Source: Auanema rhodensis (lineage: Eukaryota > Animalia > Nematoda). From it: 64,000 nt of DNA. Location of the stretch: assembly GCA_964057225.1 (NCBI GenBank), contig OZ059897.1:7936001-8000000 (forward strand), written 5' to 3'. The first letter of the stretch is position 1. The number at the start of each line of letters is the position of its first letter. Both the position numbers and the translations under genes were made by a program. The notes below the pieces were generated by a model that saw only the letters and a list, made by a program, of their open reading frames with translations, ran no database searches and was not told the DNA's origin. Positions 59,601 to 64,000 of this stretch are shown here, one piece after another.

Positions 59601-62430
59601 TCTTTTTACTTCCTGCAGATGTTGGTCCACTTGCTAACAAGAAATAGTAGGGTAACGTTGCATTATAAGTGAAAATCTAAAATTTTAGACTATTTTCACT
59701 AATTTTTCAGTTTAATTTCAATACCATTGGCACTTGAGGAATCCCTTGAACATTAATACTCGCTGAGCAATATAATGTTCCATCAGTAAAAATAATTTTT
59801 TCTTGACTGATAAGTTGTAGACGATAATCCTGAGAAAATTGATAAAAGTATATTTTGGGACCATACAATGTCATGTCATAATCTACCTGTTCGCTTGGAA
59901 TTCGCATGTTATACTTTGAATTAGCGTCAGCCTTATTATATGAATATTTAATAGAATATCCAGTACCAGTATCTGAGCATTCAACAACTGATTCATTACC
60001 CTAGAATTTCAATTAATAATAATATTTTCATATTCATTATACTATAATCGTTTATACCATTTCATCGTCGTCAGAAAAACCAACAGCTACATATAAGCTT
60101 GAAGTAGATGCAACACGTGATAGTTCAATGAACATTGTCTGATTATCATCAGATAGCTGAAATAATATCAAATTTGTCTTTGCTTAGGCTTGCAATGAAA
60201 GTACAACCTTATATGTGAAACTCATTCCATTACATCCACGGTAACATGTCTGAGGCACAAAACAACCTTTAGTATCACCACAATTATCTCTTATTTCTAT
60301 CGTCTGAAATAGAATGAACAACTATGATATAGATATAATCAATTTTTCATACATCATCATTTTTTAAAAGAGTGCTACGTTTGGATGAACAACGATTTGA
60401 ATAAGCATTTAAGCCTGAAAACTTAAAAATTATTTGGAAAGTTCAAATTTTGTTCAAATACCATCATTAGAAGTGGTTCCCGTTAATAGCAATAGATAAT
60501 ATTGTGTCAGAGGATTGTATTGAAAAAGCTAAAATTTCGAATTGTGAATAATCAATGGTATAGATCATACCACAGGATTTGAAATATTGACTATTCCTTT
60601 ACAATAGACATTACCATCCTGATAGATATCATGAGATTGTATGTATGATCCTCGATATTTCTGAAAATAACTTGTTAACTATACATATAGTAGTTAATAA
60701 TAAAATGAAAATTTCTAATATTGATTAAGTCTTAAGATCTGTACGAACTTCTTCATCAGGAATTCTCAAATTGTTGTTTGCATGGTTTACTGAGAATTTC
60801 ATGGATAAATTATCTGTACCAATGGCTGAGCACTCCAAAACACTACCATCACCCTGACAACGTTTTGATAAAAATAATTTCAATTCAAACATGTTAACTG
60901 TTGTAAGATCATCTGTGAAGACAGCAGCAACATAATAGCCTTTCTGTGCAGGAACTTTACCAACAATCTCAACTTCAAGTAAGTCATCTTGAATCATACT
61001 GTAATAATTTGTGGCTTATGAATTAGATCATAGAACTAGTTATAATTACTTATATGAAACCTTCATATTATCTGGTTCTGCTTCACATTCATTGGTAATA
61101 GGTAAAAAGCATCGTTTCGAAAGTCCACAACCGTTGGCATCAAAATTTGGTGCAATCTTAAAAGCCCATATTCAAATATGATTAAAGAAAATTTTAAAAT
61201 AAAAGGTGTTACATCTTGCAGATTAGTAGGTGGCGAAGTAGTATCATGTAGGTGATGACGTAAACCTAAATAAATAATATAGATAGAAAGCACATTATGA
61301 AATTGTCTTTCATACCATCCTCACTGGCTGGACCTGTTGCCATTAAAAGGTAATACATGACGGATGAATTATATTTGAAAAGTTGTGGCTCATTTGGACT
61401 TCCTGTTACTTTTACTAAGGCTGAACAGTAAGCCATGCCATCTGTGATCGAAGTTACAGCGCCTTGGAAGTAATTTGTATATTTTTCCTGTAAATTGAGC
61501 ATAGGTCTTTGATATTCAAAGTGCAGCTTACGCTATCCTTAATCCGTACATTCGTTGGTTCTTCATTTCCAACTTTAGAATTATAAGAAAATTTCAAAGA
61601 TAAGTCCTTATTCCCCAAAGATGAACATTCAATTACGTAGTCATCTCCCTTTAATGATAAGTTAGAGATAAGATAATTATAGTTTATAGTTAGTGGTAAT
61701 CATTCTTTCAATAAAATTTGCTCGAAATCATCATATCTTAGTTACATCTACACCAAAGACAGACAGATAACAGAGAAATAACATGTGCGCATACTTTGGA
61801 ATCAGCTCTCTTGACGTGATTATTTCGCCAAATCATTTAATCTTTCATAGATAATGTTTTATCGGGTGGCAAAGTGATGCTAGGTACAAAACGATGATAT
61901 TCAGTTCAACGACGAAAGACAAAGAAATTTCTGACTTTCATTCTATAGCACAAAATGTTTCATATCATATAAGCTTTCAACTTGTTATAAAATATTGATC
62001 AAAGTCAACAAACCATCATATCATCGTATGAAAAGCCTACAGCATAGTAAAAACCTGACTGCTTTTCAGCTTTTCCAAATATTTCGATCTGAAAACACAA
62101 AGTTTTACATGTAAATTTTATAGATTATTCGATACGCTCATATGTGTTTCGTCGAAGAATACGTAAGAAAATCCCATCTGATTGCATCCTTGATAGCATT
62201 CAGGATTTTTCGGTATAAAACAGCCTTTACTAACACCACATGTTGATGGATCAAACTTATTCTGAAAACTCTAAGCTTAAAAGAAGGTTCGAAAATCAAA
62301 AAAACACTAACTGCTTTAATCCTTAATAATAAAATGAATAATATAGTTAATGTTTTAAACATATTAATTAAATTTCCAAGATGTACTTCGTTTCACCTCT
62401 TCTTGCAATGGTATATTAGATAGAATATGC
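56683..62430 (-). CDS. Ferric-chelate reductase-like (FRRS1/CYBDOM) protein with five tandem DOMON repeats plus cytochrome b561; 5' end not resolved
   Basis: Repeated C-G-x-x-K-G-C-F, VGFSDDxxMGxDSVxECS, YCxxxxxV and YYLLxAxG blocks; then VAHAILMILSW..LIWFHVHRTAN..YHTMTG..FNWIHRGIG; stop TAA at 56685-56683. Confidence 0.88.
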
Positions 62431-63783
62431 TAAAAAATACAAATATCATTGAATAAAATGTACAAACTGGGTAAATATGCAGACAGTTTACCAACGAAAA
62501 CCTTAAAAAAGAAAAGAAAAGTACTTAGAACGGCTCTATAAAACTATTAAAACATTAATGTAATCCTTTATAATAATTTTTGAACCATAGGCCACACCTC
62601 TAAATATGTTATCAGTCTCTCTTATAAATATCTAAGTTTGAATCATAGATGAATCGACTACAAACACCGAGATAATTATTTACAGTATTGCATCAGTTGC
62701 TTGGGATCTACACAAAACTTAATTTATTCAAAATCTAGAACAGAAACAAAACAGCTTCAGAAGCTTCTGATTATTTAATTAGAAATATTTAAAAATGAGT
62801 CAAAAATTCATTTCAACATGCGATTAATGGAAGATTAATATTAATAATTCCAACTGACCTTGGATTTTATTTTTCATGCCTATTTTATCTAAAAAATGAG
62901 CAAAATCTTTCCAGGGGTTTTACTAAGAAGCATTGATGAATCTAAATATAAATGAAAATTTTCTGATAATCTTTCAATGTTTAATCACTCAAATTTGTCT
63001 TTTTCCTCTTCATTTTCATTATTTTTTTATTTTAAAAAATGTTTATAGAAGTTGAAAATCAATATAACTAACAATTTAGTCAAAAAGATTTCGACGTAAT
63101 GGAAAATACTTCAAAGAAAAAAAAGTTTAACTTACTATATGAAATAAAATGTTGGAGGTATATCCCGTATCATACACGTTTTCATTTCCTGTTTTATTAT
63201 CTGTTTCTCCTTTTTTACGTTCAATTTCGAGCATTCATCTGTTTCTCTTATGGTATTCAAATTTTTTCTTTCTGATCCATTCTGTGTTCATGCTTGCCAT
63301 AAACTATTCTGTCGATTTCGAGAGTTACCAAATTGTCAAGTGAATCATCTAAAAAAATTGAAGAATATATATTTATAATCAGAAAACTACAAGCTACAGC
63401 CTGGCCAATTCTATGCTGACAATTGGAGAATAAAATTAAAGTTAAAAAACAATAAAATACATTCATTAGGGTATTTAACTACACAATTCTATGTATTGAA
63501 GCCGATCCGGACATTTCTGTTTTCGTTTCTTCTATTTTTCCGGCAAGTAATAAGATTTATGAATGTGGTCGTTGACGTAAAAGTTCACGTATGTACTGTA
63601 TGACGGAATCGGTTGACGTAAAAGTTCACGTACGTATAAAAAACACTATCATAGCAGTTCCTGCACCTGTTCTATGAATGTAAGTATTATATGACATGTA
63701 CTACTATTTTATAAATCTTTTCAAACATATATAAGGAGTACACGTACTATTGTTTTATACTACAGATATGGAACTTTGCCGTA

Positions 63784-63856
63784 GCCTCGTTAGCTCAGCT
63801 GGTAGAGCGTTAGACTTTTAATCTAACGGTCAGGGGTTCGAGCCCCCTACGGGGCT
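63784..63856 (+). tRNA. tRNA-Lys(TTT)
   Basis: GCCTCGT/ACGGGGC acceptor, GCTC..GAGC D-arm, TTAGA-CT[TTT]AA-TCTAA, AGGGG-TTCGAGC-CCCCT; T-runs downstream. Confidence 0.96.
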
Positions 63857-64000
63857 AAATTTTACACTTTTATGTGTTTAAAACGAAAAAAATACGAGGA
63901 AGAATGATAACGATGTTCGTTTACTATCCTTTCTTTACTAAATAAAAAAAAGCTTACTATTAATTAAACCACATTTTATTTAAAATTATGTTTAAATACA

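Noticed and set aside
62430-63470. Candidate 5' exons (signal-peptide-like MNVFYCFLTLILFS) of the DOMON gene
   Set aside because: I could not build a stop-free splice path to the first DOMON exon.

Overview
AT-rich eukaryotic DNA, most likely a nematode (TTTCAG acceptors, ~45-50 nt introns, beta-type insulin). Layout: (1) 1-7.0 kb, an array of 36 copies of a 194-bp tRNA-Arg(TCT) unit, apparently inside a sideroflexin (SFXN5-like) intron; (2) 7.6-19.7 kb, an intact, very young 12.07-kb Ty3/Gypsy LTR retroelement inserted in the last sideroflexin exon; (3) host genes: an SLC2/MFS sugar transporter, TMEM222, U2A' (SNRPA1), a beta-type insulin-like peptide, an AP-2 transcription factor, two tandem cytochrome-b561 ferric-reductase-like genes (one with five DOMON repeats, one with none) and tRNA-Lys(TTT). 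The standout is the retroelement. One 2901-codon ORF reads Gag, internal signal peptide, herpesvirus-gB-like Env, TM anchor, then PR-RT-RNaseH-IN, so env sits in frame between gag and pol. The element also has a ~360-aa insert in Env flanked by two basic cleavage sites, a spliced antisense accessory gene in its leader, non-TG/CA LTR ends, a tRNA-Gln PBS, a long Met-less N-terminal extension and a likely structured 3' UTR. All calls come from reading the sequence by eye against motifs recalled from memory; no searches were run.
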